DNA of 64,000 nt, taken from contig JBJHCF010000001.1 in assembly GCA_050506795.1 (NCBI GenBank), forward strand, positions 64,001 through 128,000, written 5' to 3'. This DNA is from Opitutia bacterium. GTDB taxonomy: Bacteria > Verrucomicrobiota > Verrucomicrobiia > Opitutales > T3Sed10-336. Shown one piece after another: positions 9,911 to 20,069 of this stretch. Both the position numbers and the translations under genes were made by a program. How positions within the stretch are numbered: the first letter of the stretch is position 1; each line of letters starts with the position of its first letter. The notes beneath the pieces were generated by a model, which saw only the letters and a list, made by a program, of their open reading frames with translations, made no database searches and had not been told where the DNA came from.

Positions 9911-11170
9911 TTATTCTAATTCGCGCACGTACAGATTGGCGAATTCAAATGCGCCGGGCACGTCGGCCAAACCGAATGCGCCATGATCGGCGGTTCCCTC
10001 GGGCAGATCAAAGGCATCGATTTCCCTCGCGGGATCGCCACGGAAAACGGTCACCCGGTCCCCGCGAATCCGGATGGTGAATCGGTGCCAACTCCCCGGC
10101 ACGGCATCCAACGAGACCGGTACTCCATCTCCGCTTTCCCCTCGCAGATAGACGATCGGCGCGACGAAATTGTCGGAATCGGAGGCGGCGGCCGGACGGC
10201 AATCGACGATGAATTCGGCGTCGGAAAAACCGTCGGTCGTCCACAAAGTCCGTCCCTCGTCCGCGCCTTCGTTCAACCTGAGGCGCCAGTCATCGACCTG
10301 CCACCGTCCCGCGGATTGGCGCAGGGCGGCACCGGCGGCCTCATCCTCTCCCGCAGTGCGCCAGCCCCGCAGATCGGTTCCGGTATAGAGAGTGCGGTGT
10401 CCTTGTGCTTTAGGGGCTGTTTTTTCTGGGGGAGCACCGCTTCCCGGCAATTCCAGGAGCCGCAAATTTCGAAAATCGATCGGCGCTCCCTCCGCCTCCA
10501 GGGCGATATAGCCCTTTCGGTAGTTGGCGTCCGTTCCGCCCGAAACCTCCTTGCCGTTCACGTGCAGGCGTATGACTCCATCAATGCACTCGATCCGGTA
10601 ATGGTTCCATTCCGGAAAGCCCCTGCTTCGCTCTTCCGACGGAAAACTCCTCATACCGTGGCTCGGCGGGAAGGGAGTCATCGTCGAGCCATGGATCGGA
10701 AACACATCGCCATGGGTGGTAAACCAGTCGGCCTCTCCGTAACCGTGATCGAGTACCTGCGCTTCGATCGAGCGCAGGAAGGGAACGCCGGGAGCCGCCA
10801 GTGGTGAAGCCCATAGGAAAATCCCGGAGTTGCCGCCATCGGTGAGGTGCCGCCATTCAAGCTCAAGAATGAAGTTCTCGTACTGCCGCTCCGTCCGCAA
10901 GGCACTGATTGGTTTTCCGGTGCAATGGAGCATGCCATCCCGCACACTCCAAGTCTCGGGAGCCGAGTTCACATTCACCCACCCCTCCAGGTCCTCCCCG
11001 TTGAACAAGTCCACCCATGCCTCGTCGTCGGAGCCCGAACCGGGTGCATCGAAACTGTCCGCGCGAATCGCACCAGCTTGAAACAGAACGGCGCCGGCAA
11101 GAAGCGTCACTCCGGCGAACCAGGTCCCGGGTCCATAATAAAAATGGTTTGTATCGAGGTTGTTTTTCAT
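9911..11170 (-). CDS. Secreted DUF1080 (3-keto-disaccharide hydrolase-like) protein, two domains
   Basis: Signal-like N-terminus; W..LFNG.DL.GW, W.V.DG, NF.L.LEW, NSGIF, WN.Y.I, G.I.L, I.FRN. Confidence 0.8.
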   Translation of the reverse strand: MKNNLDTNHFYYGPGTWFAGVTLLAGAVLFQAGAIRADSFDAPGSGSDDEAWVDLFNGEDLEGWVNVNSAPETWSVRDGMLHCTGKPISALRTERQYENFILELEWRHLTDGGNSGIFLWASPLAAPGVPFLRSIEAQVLDHGYGEADWFTTHGDVFPIHGSTMTPFPPSHGMRSFPSEERSRGFPEWNHYRIECIDGVIRLHVNGKEVSGGTDANYRKGYIALEAEGAPIDFRNLRLLELPGSGAPPEKTAPKAQGHRTLYTGTDLRGWRTAGEDEAAGAALRQSAGRWQVDDWRLRLNEGADEGRTLWTTDGFSDAEFIVDCRPAAASDSDNFVAPIVYLRGESGDGVPVSLDAVPGSWHRFTIRIRGDRVTVFRGDPAREIDAFDLPEGTADHGAFGLADVPGAFEFANLYVRELE

Positions 11171-11354
11171 GTCGGCAGTGGTTGAGCGTTTGGATCCAAG
11201 GTGTGTGGCTGAGCGAATTGTACTGTGTTCTGGCTTTTTTCAAAATCAAAAAGTACGCTTAAGGTTCCAAGCTTTTGGTGAGGCCTCCGTGAACAACAGT
11301 GAGGATCGGTGAAATTGTGTTGCCAATTGCGTCCAATGCGTGGGGAATTCCATC

Positions 11355-12647
11355 ATGCGTTATGATGCCATCGATCGGGAGTTGTTCGTGCGGAACCGGA
11401 ATCGCCTGGCCGCTTTGATGCGGCCGGGTACCCTGGCGGTGCTTCATGCAAACGACATTTTGCCGACCAATGCCGACGGGACTCTGCCGTTCAAGCAGAA
11501 CGCCGATTTGCTCTACCTCACCGGCGTCGACCAGGAGGAGACGATCCTGCTGGTCTTTCCCGACGCGCGGGAACCGGCGGACCGGGAGATTTTGTTTGTT
11601 AAGCGAACCAGCGAACTGATCGCCATCTGGGACGGGGAAAAGCTGAGCAAGGAACGGGCCACGGAGGTTTCCGGTGTGGCCAGGGTCGAGTGGACCGACG
11701 CTTTTGAGGGCATTTTTCAACGGTTGGCTTCGGAGGCGGAGGGATTCTACCTCTCGACCAACGAACACCCGCGGGCGTCCAACCCGGTGGAAACCCGGAA
11801 TGACCGTTTTATTAAATCCTGCCGCGAGCGTTACCCGCTCCATCGACTGGAACGGCTGTCGGTTCTCACCCGGCGTCTTCGGGTGCAGAAGGATCCGGTG
11901 GAAGTGGATATGATCCGCAGGGCCTGTGAGATCACCGAGGCCGGATTCCGGCGTGTGCTCGGTTTTATTCGTCCGGAGGTGGCCGAATGGGAAATCGAAG
12001 CCGAATACCTGCACGAGTTTGTGCGTCGGCGTTCGCGGGGGTTTGCCTACTCTCCCATTATCGGCTCGGGCGGCAACGCCTGTGTTCTGCATTACCTGGA
12101 GAACCATTCCGTTTGCCGTGACGGCGAGTTGGTGCTGATGGATGTCGGTGCGGAGTGGGCGGGTTGGAACAGCGATCTGACCCGTACCGTACCGGTAAAC
12201 GGCCGTTTTACCGAGCGTCAAAGGGCGGTCTACGACGCCGTCCTTAGGGTGTATCATGGCGCCAATAGCCTCCTGAGGCCCGGCTGCACGCCGGTCGAGT
12301 ATCAGCGTCAGGTGGTCGAGCTGATGGAGGCTGAGTTGATCGGACTGGGTTTGATTGGTGTGGATGAAGCCAGGGCGCAGTCCAAGGAAAAAGAGGCGGT
12401 CAAAAAGTATTTCATGCACGGAACGTCGCACTCCATCGGTATCGACGTGCACGATGTCTGCCCGCCGCACGAACCCTTTGCCCCCGGGATGGTGTTCACG
12501 ATCGAGCCGGGCATTTACATCCGGGAGGAAAAACTTGGTATCCGCTTGGAAAATACCGTGCTGATAGGTGACACCGAAAACATCAATCTGATGGCTTCGA
12601 TTCCGATCGAAGCCGACGAGATTGAAGATCTGATGAACCGGAAATAA
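11355..12647 (+). CDS. pepP: Xaa-Pro aminopeptidase (M24B)
   Basis: AMP_N domain (F.QN.D..YLTG), NA.VLHY, SDLTRT, H.IG.DVHD, TIEPGIY, GIRLEN. Confidence 0.88.
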   Translation: MRYDAIDRELFVRNRNRLAALMRPGTLAVLHANDILPTNADGTLPFKQNADLLYLTGVDQEETILLVFPDAREPADREILFVKRTSELIAIWDGEKLSKERATEVSGVARVEWTDAFEGIFQRLASEAEGFYLSTNEHPRASNPVETRNDRFIKSCRERYPLHRLERLSVLTRRLRVQKDPVEVDMIRRACEITEAGFRRVLGFIRPEVAEWEIEAEYLHEFVRRRSRGFAYSPIIGSGGNACVLHYLENHSVCRDGELVLMDVGAEWAGWNSDLTRTVPVNGRFTERQRAVYDAVLRVYHGANSLLRPGCTPVEYQRQVVELMEAELIGLGLIGVDEARAQSKEKEAVKKYFMHGTSHSIGIDVHDVCPPHEPFAPGMVFTIEPGIYIREEKLGIRLENTVLIGDTENINLMASIPIEADEIEDLMNRK

Positions 12648-12744
12648 CCCGAACCGTGGCGGCGTGCTTCAGCCGCCGGGGTTTTCCGATTCCGTTTAGG
12701 CGCTTTTAAGCAATCGCGCGCTCAACCCGAATCTACCGATCGGG

Positions 12745-15168
12745 TCATTCCAGGTGCCGGTTCAGCCAATCGATGGTTTCCGCAAGCACATGATTGACGG
12801 ATTCCCGCGCCACGTACCCGTGGCTTTCGTGGGGCAGCATGACCAGTCGAGCGGTGCCGCCGTTTCCGACGATCGCCTGATACATGCGTTCGCTCTGCAT
12901 CGGGAAGGTTCCGGAGTTGTTGTCCTCCTGACCGTGTATCAGCAGTATCGGCGCCCGGATTTGGTTGGCGTGGAAAAAGGGACTCATCTCCAGGTAGGTC
13001 TCCCGGGCTTCCCACAGGGATCGCGGTTCGGCCTGGAAACCGAAGGGGGTGAGCGACCGGTTGTAGGCGCCCGAGCGGGCCACGCCGGCCCGGAACAGGT
13101 CGGAGTGGGCCAGGAGGTTGGCGGCCATGAAGGCGCCGTAGGAGTGGCCCGCGATGGCGATGCGGCTCCGCTCCGCCACACCGAGTTCGACAATTTTGTC
13201 CACCGCCGCCTCGGCGCTGGCAACCAGTTGTTCGATGTAGGTGTCGTTGGGCTCGTCGTCGCCAACCCCGATTATCGGCATGGCCGGACCGCTCAGCACC
13301 GCATAGCCCTGGGTCAAGAGGAACAGGGGCGAGGTGCCCCCAGGGCGGCTAAAGCGGTTGGGGGAGTCGCGGACCTGGGCGGCGGCATCGGCGTCGCGGA
13401 ATTCCCGCGGGTAGGCCCAGAGCACGGTGGGCAGCGGACCGTCATTCTCGGCGTCGTAGCCGGGTGGAGTGAGCAGCGTTGCGCTCAGCAGGATGCCGTC
13501 CGCACGCATGTAAGTAATGATCTGGCTCTGCAGACCCGCCAATTGCGGAGCGGGATCCGAAAAATCGGTCAGCGCCCGTTCACCGTAATCGTATCCCTGT
13601 TCGATCAAAAAGAAGTTGGGCGGCATTTCCCGGGATTCCCTTCTCGTGATCAGACGGGCGGCGTCAGGGTCCGCCAGACTCACCACTTCCTCATAATACG
13701 GATCGACCGCCTGCCAGAGCCTTTCGGTGTTCCCGGTGTCGAAGTCGTACCGGTCCAGAAACGGATAATCGCCCAACGGAGAGGCCCCTTCGCCCCGCAA
13801 AAAAATGGCCCCGCCGCCGGAATCGAATTGCAGCACGGTTTGTCCCGCGCGGTCGGATCGGGTCAGCGGAGATCCGGGATCGCCGTAACGGTCTTCAAAG
13901 GAACGGTCCCAGAGAAGCCGTGGCTCCGCATCGGAGTTTTCCGGTTGAATACGGTAGGTTTTGGTGCGACTGGAGGTTCGCCAGATGGTGTGCACCAGCG
14001 CCAGGTCGTCCCGTCCCCAGTCGATGGTCCGGTAACGCTGATCGAGATCGATCAGCACGCGAGGTTCGCCGTCGAAAGGGGCTTCAAGCAGGAAAACCCT
14101 GTCGCGGACCTCCGCTTCGCTCCGCGCGTCGCCCCCGTCCATGGCTTCCGCCCACACCAGGGAGGCGGGGGAGTCGGCTCGCCAGTGGGCGAAACGAGGC
14201 CCGGTGTTGACCATGTCGCGGCCGATCGGAGGAAGCGCGATTTCGGTGCGGTCTTCGAGGACGTGGACCGTGCGGCCCGTTCGATCGATGACCCGGGTCT
14301 CCGTCGCGAAGGTGAAAAACGGCGCCAGACGGGTGAACGGAGGTTTTATCTGCCGAATTAAAATGTATTCGCCGTTCGGTGACACCTGGGTGTCGCGGAA
14401 AATTCCCGGTGCCGCGATGGGTCGAATCTCGTTCTCGTCGAGCCGGACTGTGGCGAGCTGCGAGGTGAAATAGTGTTCGAAAAGCAGTTCATCGTGAGCG
14501 TCCTGCAAGAGATCCTGGTAGGTGCGGACGGGACCCGTGGCTTGAGCGCCGTCGAATATCACCGGGCCGGCGGGGGCGCTGGGTGGTTCGGGCGGCGAAA
14601 CGCGCTCGGACGGGACCTGATGAATAAGGAGCGAGGCTCCATCGGGCATCCAGGCGAACGGAACGCCGAAGGCGGCATTGAGGCGCGGACCGGTGAGCTG
14701 GATGGCCTCGGCGGTTGCGGTGTCGGCGTACCAGAGCTCGATGCCATCGGGCCTGGTCAGGGTGAAGGCGAGGCGGGATCCGTCCGGCGACCAGCGGGGG
14801 TAGGAAAGGAGGGCCTCCTCGGGCAAGGTCACGGTCCGTGAATCGCCGCCGTCCAGGTCATTGAAGGCAAGCCCCAGGAAGAAAAGGCCGCGGCTGGGAC
14901 CGTTGGTGTTGGGATTGATACGCACCCCCGCCAGCCGCAGTTCCGGCTCGGCGAGACGTCCGATCGGCGGCAGCGCCTCCCGTTCCAGCACGGCGAACAC
15001 GGACCGGTCCGGGCTGAATGATACCGCCGGCGTCGGCGGCGTATCCAGGATGGCCGGAATCGGGTCCGGCGGCGTCCGGTAGGTTTCAGAGTTCCCGTAC
15101 AGTGCCGAAGCCGGCAGGAGCAATGCGATGGTAATGAGCCTACGGAATGCGGATTTAGTGACAAGCAT
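12745..15168 (-). CDS. Secreted S9 family peptidase (glutamyl endopeptidase-like)
   Basis: Signal peptide, beta-propeller region, GHSYGA nucleophile, GAYNR.LTPFGFQ, D.N.GTFP.QS, E.HGY. Confidence 0.88.
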   Translation of the reverse strand: MLVTKSAFRRLITIALLLPASALYGNSETYRTPPDPIPAILDTPPTPAVSFSPDRSVFAVLEREALPPIGRLAEPELRLAGVRINPNTNGPSRGLFFLGLAFNDLDGGDSRTVTLPEEALLSYPRWSPDGSRLAFTLTRPDGIELWYADTATAEAIQLTGPRLNAAFGVPFAWMPDGASLLIHQVPSERVSPPEPPSAPAGPVIFDGAQATGPVRTYQDLLQDAHDELLFEHYFTSQLATVRLDENEIRPIAAPGIFRDTQVSPNGEYILIRQIKPPFTRLAPFFTFATETRVIDRTGRTVHVLEDRTEIALPPIGRDMVNTGPRFAHWRADSPASLVWAEAMDGGDARSEAEVRDRVFLLEAPFDGEPRVLIDLDQRYRTIDWGRDDLALVHTIWRTSSRTKTYRIQPENSDAEPRLLWDRSFEDRYGDPGSPLTRSDRAGQTVLQFDSGGGAIFLRGEGASPLGDYPFLDRYDFDTGNTERLWQAVDPYYEEVVSLADPDAARLITRRESREMPPNFFLIEQGYDYGERALTDFSDPAPQLAGLQSQIITYMRADGILLSATLLTPPGYDAENDGPLPTVLWAYPREFRDADAAAQVRDSPNRFSRPGGTSPLFLLTQGYAVLSGPAMPIIGVGDDEPNDTYIEQLVASAEAAVDKIVELGVAERSRIAIAGHSYGAFMAANLLAHSDLFRAGVARSGAYNRSLTPFGFQAEPRSLWEARETYLEMSPFFHANQIRAPILLIHGQEDNNSGTFPMQSERMYQAIVGNGGTARLVMLPHESHGYVARESVNHVLAETIDWLNRHLE

Positions 15169-15356
15169 GGGGGATTAAGGCTGCTGGTTGTTATTGGTCG
15201 GTTGGTGGATTCGTAACCCAGGATGAGTAATCACGAAGGCCACCGCAAAGGCAAAGAAGCGCGGATTGGAGGAAAGTCAATGAATCCTGCCTCGTCTGAA
15301 TGGCACTCATATAAGGCGTTTCATCGTTTGATGAAGCAAAAAATACCGCGGAATTG

Positions 15357-15430
15357 GGCTCACACGGAGCCACGGAGCTCACGGAGGTGGGTCCTGTAAA
15401 AATCTCCGTGACTTTGTGGCTCCGAGTGAG
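15357..15430. repeat. Inverted pair of 9-bp-periodic CACGGAG repeats
   Basis: ggctcacacggagccacggagctcacggag ... ctccgtgactttgtggctccgagtgag; a related copy lies at 45671-45699. Confidence 0.7.
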
Positions 15431-15634
15431 AATCTTCACAGTTCAGCAATGCTTTAAAACCGGGCGCGGTTTTGGGTGAACTCGCCAAAGCAGGACTACG
15501 CTGCTTCGATTAACGGCCTTAATCAAGTGCCATCCTGCCTAGTCTCCCGGCGGTCCTGTGGCGACCCGGCCGAAGTATGCCCTCCAGCGGCATCCAGCGG
15601 CACGAAATCAGGAACGGGCGCAGCCGATAGCCGT

Positions 15635-16054
15635 TCACCGAAACCAGTTTTGGATTTTCTGCAGCAGGCGGCCGGAAGGGTCCTGGATGGTGTTGAGTTT
15701 CAGTTCCGCGCGTCCCGGGGCGATGGTGAGTTCCCGGCGCGCGGAATGGCGGCCCGGTTTCAGATTGGCTTCGAGTGCCCAGTGAATGGACAGGTTATCC
15801 GCCTGCAGGGAATACGGCGCCCTCGGCAGACGAATTTCAAAGTGGCGTTCGCCTTGCGCTGGAAGCGACTCCCATTGCAGGGTTTCCACCACCCGGCTGT
15901 CCTGTTCGCCTATTCCGAGGGTGTACCACAGCAGGTGGAGTTCGATTTTGGCCACCGGTTTGGCCAAGTTCCAATTGACCGTGCCCAGCAGATCCTGCCC
16001 CGGTTCGTAGGCGGGGGTGCTTTCGGGGAATTCAATTTGCAGCGGTTCGTTCAT
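15635..16054 (-). CDS. Hypothetical protein (139 aa) resembling the C-terminal beta domain of the upstream DUF3592 protein
   Basis: ATG 16054 overlaps the upstream stop (ATGA); similar motif pattern to the neighbour. Confidence 0.7.
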   Translation of the reverse strand: MNEPLQIEFPESTPAYEPGQDLLGTVNWNLAKPVAKIELHLLWYTLGIGEQDSRVVETLQWESLPAQGERHFEIRLPRAPYSLQADNLSIHWALEANLKPGRHSARRELTIAPGRAELKLNTIQDPSGRLLQKIQNWFR

Positions 16055-17328
16055 GAGATCGGCCTCGGAGGAACGTACGCGCGGTACTCGTTTTTCAGGT
16101 TGGGCATAAGGGGAATGTCTCCCTGGATATGCAATGTATAACGTATCCGGTTTTTGGAGGCTTCGAATGAATGGGGCAGGGAATCGGGCACCTGGTATTC
16201 CAGGTCCCCGTGCGGAAGCTCCATCCGGTTGTCGCTCTGGAAGAGGGTCTCGCGGAGAAAGGTCTTTCGGTTGGTTACCGTGCTCCGGTTTTTGCCGCTT
16301 CCGGTGGTGTATTCGGCTTCGGTGATGCCCTCCAGAAAGATCTTCAGGTTGCGGAGGCCGGTGCTGCCTCTGGTGAAACGCCAGGAGATTTTTACCGGGT
16401 GTCCCGGGTTCAGGGTGGCCGCGTCGGCCTCCACCTGGATGCGGGGCCCGAAGAAAAAGGAAACGCCGGAATAAACCGCACCCAGAAACACGCCCACTCC
16501 GATCAGGGCAAAAAGCCCAAGGACCAGGCGCGGAACGATATCGCCTCCGGGTTCCAGCGGTCCGCCGACACTCAGGAACAGAAAAATGACCCCGTTCCAC
16601 AGCAGGGCGAAGATCAGGAGCCCGACGAATTTTCCCAGTGGGCTGTGAACCGGCTTGAGGGGGACGGTCCCTCCGGGCGGAGGTTCGGGAGGGAACTCCG
16701 GCAGACCCAACAGCGACGCGTCACGCAGCGCCCGCGGGGCTTCCGAATCGCCCGAACGCACGGAGGCGGAGGTTTGTTTTTTGCGAATGGTCAGCACTCC
16801 TCCGGTCACAACGCCCAACCCGACCAATACAAAAACGAGCGGTAGCAGAGTTAAGATAAACGAGGCTCCCATGCGTCGGTCCAGGACGGCTTCCTCGGGA
16901 TTCCGGGGGTTGACCAACGCGGTGTGGGAGGAACCCGCGGGGTAACGCGCCACGACCTCTCCGGCCCATCCGCGGTTGCTGGACGACACCTCCATGAAGC
17001 GGTAGGAGTCGCTTTCGTACTCGGTTCCATCCCAGGTGTACCGGAATAAGATTCCCGGACGGTAATTGACGCCGTCGGAGGTGCTGCGCCGGACCACCTC
17101 GCTTGAGACGATCACACAGGAGACTTCCTCCCATTGCCTGGAGTCGCTGGACTTCTTCCACACGTCGACGGACATGAACCAGGTGAAGGCCGACCCCGCG
17201 AGAGTGAAAATCAGGCCAAAGAGAATCAGGAACACGCCGGCGCCGCGTCCGCCGCGCCCCGCGTGTTTGGCTTTTGGGGGTTTCGCCGATCTGTGGCGAC
17301 GATTGCCGAAGTTCAGTTTGAGGTTCAT
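16051..17328 (-). CDS. DUF3592 domain membrane protein
   Basis: TM helix, W.....I..S, Y.P...Y...G.EY, YP.G...V.P.NP.EAVL, then further TM helices. Confidence 0.75.
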   Translation of the reverse strand: MNLKLNFGNRRHRSAKPPKAKHAGRGGRGAGVFLILFGLIFTLAGSAFTWFMSVDVWKKSSDSRQWEEVSCVIVSSEVVRRSTSDGVNYRPGILFRYTWDGTEYESDSYRFMEVSSSNRGWAGEVVARYPAGSSHTALVNPRNPEEAVLDRRMGASFILTLLPLVFVLVGLGVVTGGVLTIRKKQTSASVRSGDSEAPRALRDASLLGLPEFPPEPPPGGTVPLKPVHSPLGKFVGLLIFALLWNGVIFLFLSVGGPLEPGGDIVPRLVLGLFALIGVGVFLGAVYSGVSFFFGPRIQVEADAATLNPGHPVKISWRFTRGSTGLRNLKIFLEGITEAEYTTGSGKNRSTVTNRKTFLRETLFQSDNRMELPHGDLEYQVPDSLPHSFEASKNRIRYTLHIQGDIPLMPNLKNEYRAYVPPRPIS

Positions 17329-17460
17329 GGGAAATTCGCGGTTGCAAGAGTGAAGGATCCACCCGCGAATAACAAGTGAAGAATCAACATCTCCGCCAGA
17401 CAGTGCCAATTTCATTCTGACACCCTCCGACGCCACGCGAACGCCACCCCCGTTTACCAA

Positions 17461-17509
17461 AACCAAGAACGACGAACCAAGAACAAAGAACCAAAAACCA
17501 AGAACGAAG
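17461..17509 (+). repeat. Heptamer tandem array (AACCAAG consensus, 7 units)
   Basis: aaccaag aacgacg aaccaag aacaaag aaccaaa aaccaag aacgaag. Confidence 0.85.
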
Positions 17510-17512
17510 AAA

Positions 17513-17893
17513 CTACCCCGCCGCCACCCGGGAGGGAACCGGGGCCTTGCGGAAGGTCCAGAGCACCGCGAGGGAGGCCAGGGTGCCGAGGAGCATCAGG
17601 GTGATCAGGGCGGCCGCGAACGCTTTGGGTTCGCCCGCCGCCGTATCCATCCAGCTGACACTTGAACGCCAGATAAACACCAGGGACAGGAAGCCCGTGG
17701 TTACCGCCGCCGCGATTCGTGCCCAGGGAATGCCACTGAGCATCAGCACCCCCCAGCCGAATGACAGCGCGCCGAAGACGCTGCCGGAAATCAGGGCCGT
17801 CTTGGCCGCCTCGGGATTGGAGAGGTAGCCGGTCAGTCCGCACAGAAAAAGAAACAGCCCGTACCCCAGAAACCATTTGCCGCAAAATCGCAT
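17513..17893 (-). CDS. Small membrane protein, TMEM14-like
   Basis: YG.FL..CG..GY, ALISG..FG, four hydrophobic segments. Confidence 0.65.
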   Translation of the reverse strand: MRFCGKWFLGYGLFLFLCGLTGYLSNPEAAKTALISGSVFGALSFGWGVLMLSGIPWARIAAAVTTGFLSLVFIWRSSVSWMDTAAGEPKAFAAALITLMLLGTLASLAVLWTFRKAPVPSRVAAG

Positions 17894-17935
17894 GATTCTT
17901 GTATGAACGATGAAACCGGCCGCGGCGCAAGCCGT

Positions 17936-18328
17936 TCAATCCGATTTTTTCGCTTCTTCCTGGGGAAAGAGCCGCTTGCAGTCGAGGCAGCGCAGGTTTT
18001 TCTGGGAAAAAGGCAAAAGAGTCCCGAACACCACGATCAGCAGCACGGCAAAGAAGGGGAGACGCCGGTGGTCGATTTCGGTGGAGTTACAGAAGGGACA
18101 GTGAAGCAGCTTTTCCGGCTCCAGCGGCTTCAATTCGAGAACTTCGCGCGCCAGGGCCACCTGATCCTCGGGAACCCGAACTTCGACTCCACCGACCGCG
18201 TGGGATGCCAGCGGATAAACACCGGCGATCAAGTCGTTGTTCAACACCGCGTCAACCCCGTGGCCCCGCAGACGACTCTGCGTCATGTGGGCGTCGACCA
18301 CGTGGTCGTATGTGGCCACGATCACCAT
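17936..18328 (-). CDS. DUF2007 domain protein with a Zn-ribbon/TM C-terminus
   Basis: A.....L...G..A, GGV.V.V, CPFC.S, TM helix, C.DC. Confidence 0.7.
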   Translation of the reverse strand: MVIVATYDHVVDAHMTQSRLRGHGVDAVLNNDLIAGVYPLASHAVGGVEVRVPEDQVALAREVLELKPLEPEKLLHCPFCNSTEIDHRRLPFFAVLLIVVFGTLLPFSQKNLRCLDCKRLFPQEEAKKSD

Positions 18329-18370
18329 GGAAAAGACCTTAAACTTTTCCGCGGCGCCTGGCAAATTCAA

Positions 18371-18589
18371 TCACCGGCCGGACTGGCTCTCCGCCTTGCG
18401 CTTCTTTTCATCGGCCACGATGGCCTTGAACATGTGCATGGCGATCCAGGCGGTCAGGGTCATCCCCAGGGCGCCCAGGGCCGCCCAAAAGGCCACCCAG
18501 GTGCCGTCGAACGACGGCACGGTGGGCCTCAGCGCAAAAAAGCTGATAAAGAAAAACGGAACGATGAAAAAGAGTTCGCGAATGGTCAT
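18371..18589 (-). CDS. Small two-TM membrane protein
   Basis: 72 aa with two hydrophobic helices; fits the local operon. Confidence 0.6.
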   Translation of the reverse strand: MTIRELFFIVPFFFISFFALRPTVPSFDGTWVAFWAALGALGMTLTAWIAMHMFKAIVADEKKRKAESQSGR

Positions 18590-18788
18590 GTCTGAAAGAC
18601 AGTATTTATGGCATGCCCCTTACCCCCATGCCAAGGAAAAATCAGTCCGGCAAAACGTGCCCCTCCTATCCCCTGTTTCCTATCCCACGTCCCTCTCCCC
18701 CCGCCCTGAGCCCGCCGAAGGGCTCGCCCCTCGTCCCACGCCCCACTTTCCTGTTGCCCGCTGCTCAGGGCGTTTCTATATCCTTCCC

Positions 18789-20069
18789 ATGATCGATCTG
18801 AAAGTACTGAGGGAACAACCCGCGCGGGTCCGGGCCGCGATCGAAGCGAAGGGAGTCGACTGCGATCTGGATGCCGTGCTGGAAGCGGATCAGGCCCGCC
18901 GGGCCGGTTTGCGGGAGGTGGAGAGTCTGCGGGCCCGGCAGAAGGCGGCCAACGGTGAAATGGCGGCTCTCCCCAAGGGATCCCCCGAGTTCCGGGAAAA
19001 GGTGTCTGAAATGAAAGCCCTGGCGGCCGAGCTCAAGGAGCGGGAAGCCGCCTTGCGGGTGACGGAAGCCCGGTGGACCGAGCTTTTCCTGGCGGTGCCC
19101 AATCTGCCGCACGAAAGTGTGCCGGTGGCGCCGGATCCCTCGGGCAACGTGGTGTTTTCCAACTGGGGCGAAGAGCTCAAGGCATGTCCGCACGCACGGC
19201 CGCATTACGAGATTCCCTGGCTGGAGCAGTTGATCGATTTTCAGCGGGGTGTGAAAGTGGCCGGAGCCGGTTTTCCTTTCTATCGGGGCGATGGCGCGCG
19301 GCTGATTCGGGCGCTGGTGCAGTTTTTTCTCAACGAGGCCCGGGACCGGGGCTACGAGGAGATCTATCCGCCGCTGGTGGTGAACGAAAAGAGTGCCACC
19401 GCCACCGGCCAGTTGCCGGACAAGGAGGGGCAGATGTATCAGACGGTGGAGGACGATCTCTACCTGATCCCCACCGCCGAGGTTCCGGTGACCAATTTTC
19501 TGCGTGACGAAATTCTTCCCGAGGCTTCGCTGCCGGTCAAGGCCACCGCCTACACCCCTTGCTTTCGGCGGGAGGCCGGCAGTTACGGGAAAGACGTTCG
19601 CGGACTGAACCGGTTGCACCAGTTCGACAAGGTGGAGTTGGTGAAGTGGGTGCATCCCGAGAAAAGCTATGACGAACTGGAAAGCCTGCGCGAGGATGCG
19701 GAGGCGCTGGTGCGCAAGCTGGAACTGCCTTACCGCGTGTTGCTGATGTGTACCGGCGACCTCGGTTTCACCCAGAGCAAGAAATACGACATCGAGGTTT
19801 GGGCCGCCGGACAGCAACGCTGGCTGGAGGTTTCCAGTTGCAGCAATTTCGAGGCGTTCCAGGCGCGTCGGGCCTCCACCCGTTTTCGCGATGCCGACGG
19901 AAATATCGCTCCGGTGCATACGCTCAACGGATCGGCCCTGGCCGTGCCTCGCATCATGGCGGCCTTGCTGGAAAACAATCTGCAGGAGGACGGATCGGTC
20001 CGGGTGCCGGAGGTGTTGCGCCCCTGGCTGGGGAAGGACGTGATCAGTCCGGTTGGCGGCGGGGGATGA
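18789..20069 (+). CDS. serS: Serine--tRNA ligase
   Basis: MIDLK start, PNLPH, TGQLP, LIPTAEVP, CFRREAGSYG, R.HQFDKVE, EVSSCSN, HTLNGS. Confidence 0.97.
   Translation: MIDLKVLREQPARVRAAIEAKGVDCDLDAVLEADQARRAGLREVESLRARQKAANGEMAALPKGSPEFREKVSEMKALAAELKEREAALRVTEARWTELFLAVPNLPHESVPVAPDPSGNVVFSNWGEELKACPHARPHYEIPWLEQLIDFQRGVKVAGAGFPFYRGDGARLIRALVQFFLNEARDRGYEEIYPPLVVNEKSATATGQLPDKEGQMYQTVEDDLYLIPTAEVPVTNFLRDEILPEASLPVKATAYTPCFRREAGSYGKDVRGLNRLHQFDKVELVKWVHPEKSYDELESLREDAEALVRKLELPYRVLLMCTGDLGFTQSKKYDIEVWAAGQQRWLEVSSCSNFEAFQARRASTRFRDADGNIAPVHTLNGSALAVPRIMAALLENNLQEDGSVRVPEVLRPWLGKDVISPVGGGG

Noticed and set aside
18237..18788. N-terminal extension of SerS
   Set aside because: Overlaps opposite-strand genes and low-complexity DNA; the canonical MIDLK start is at 18789.
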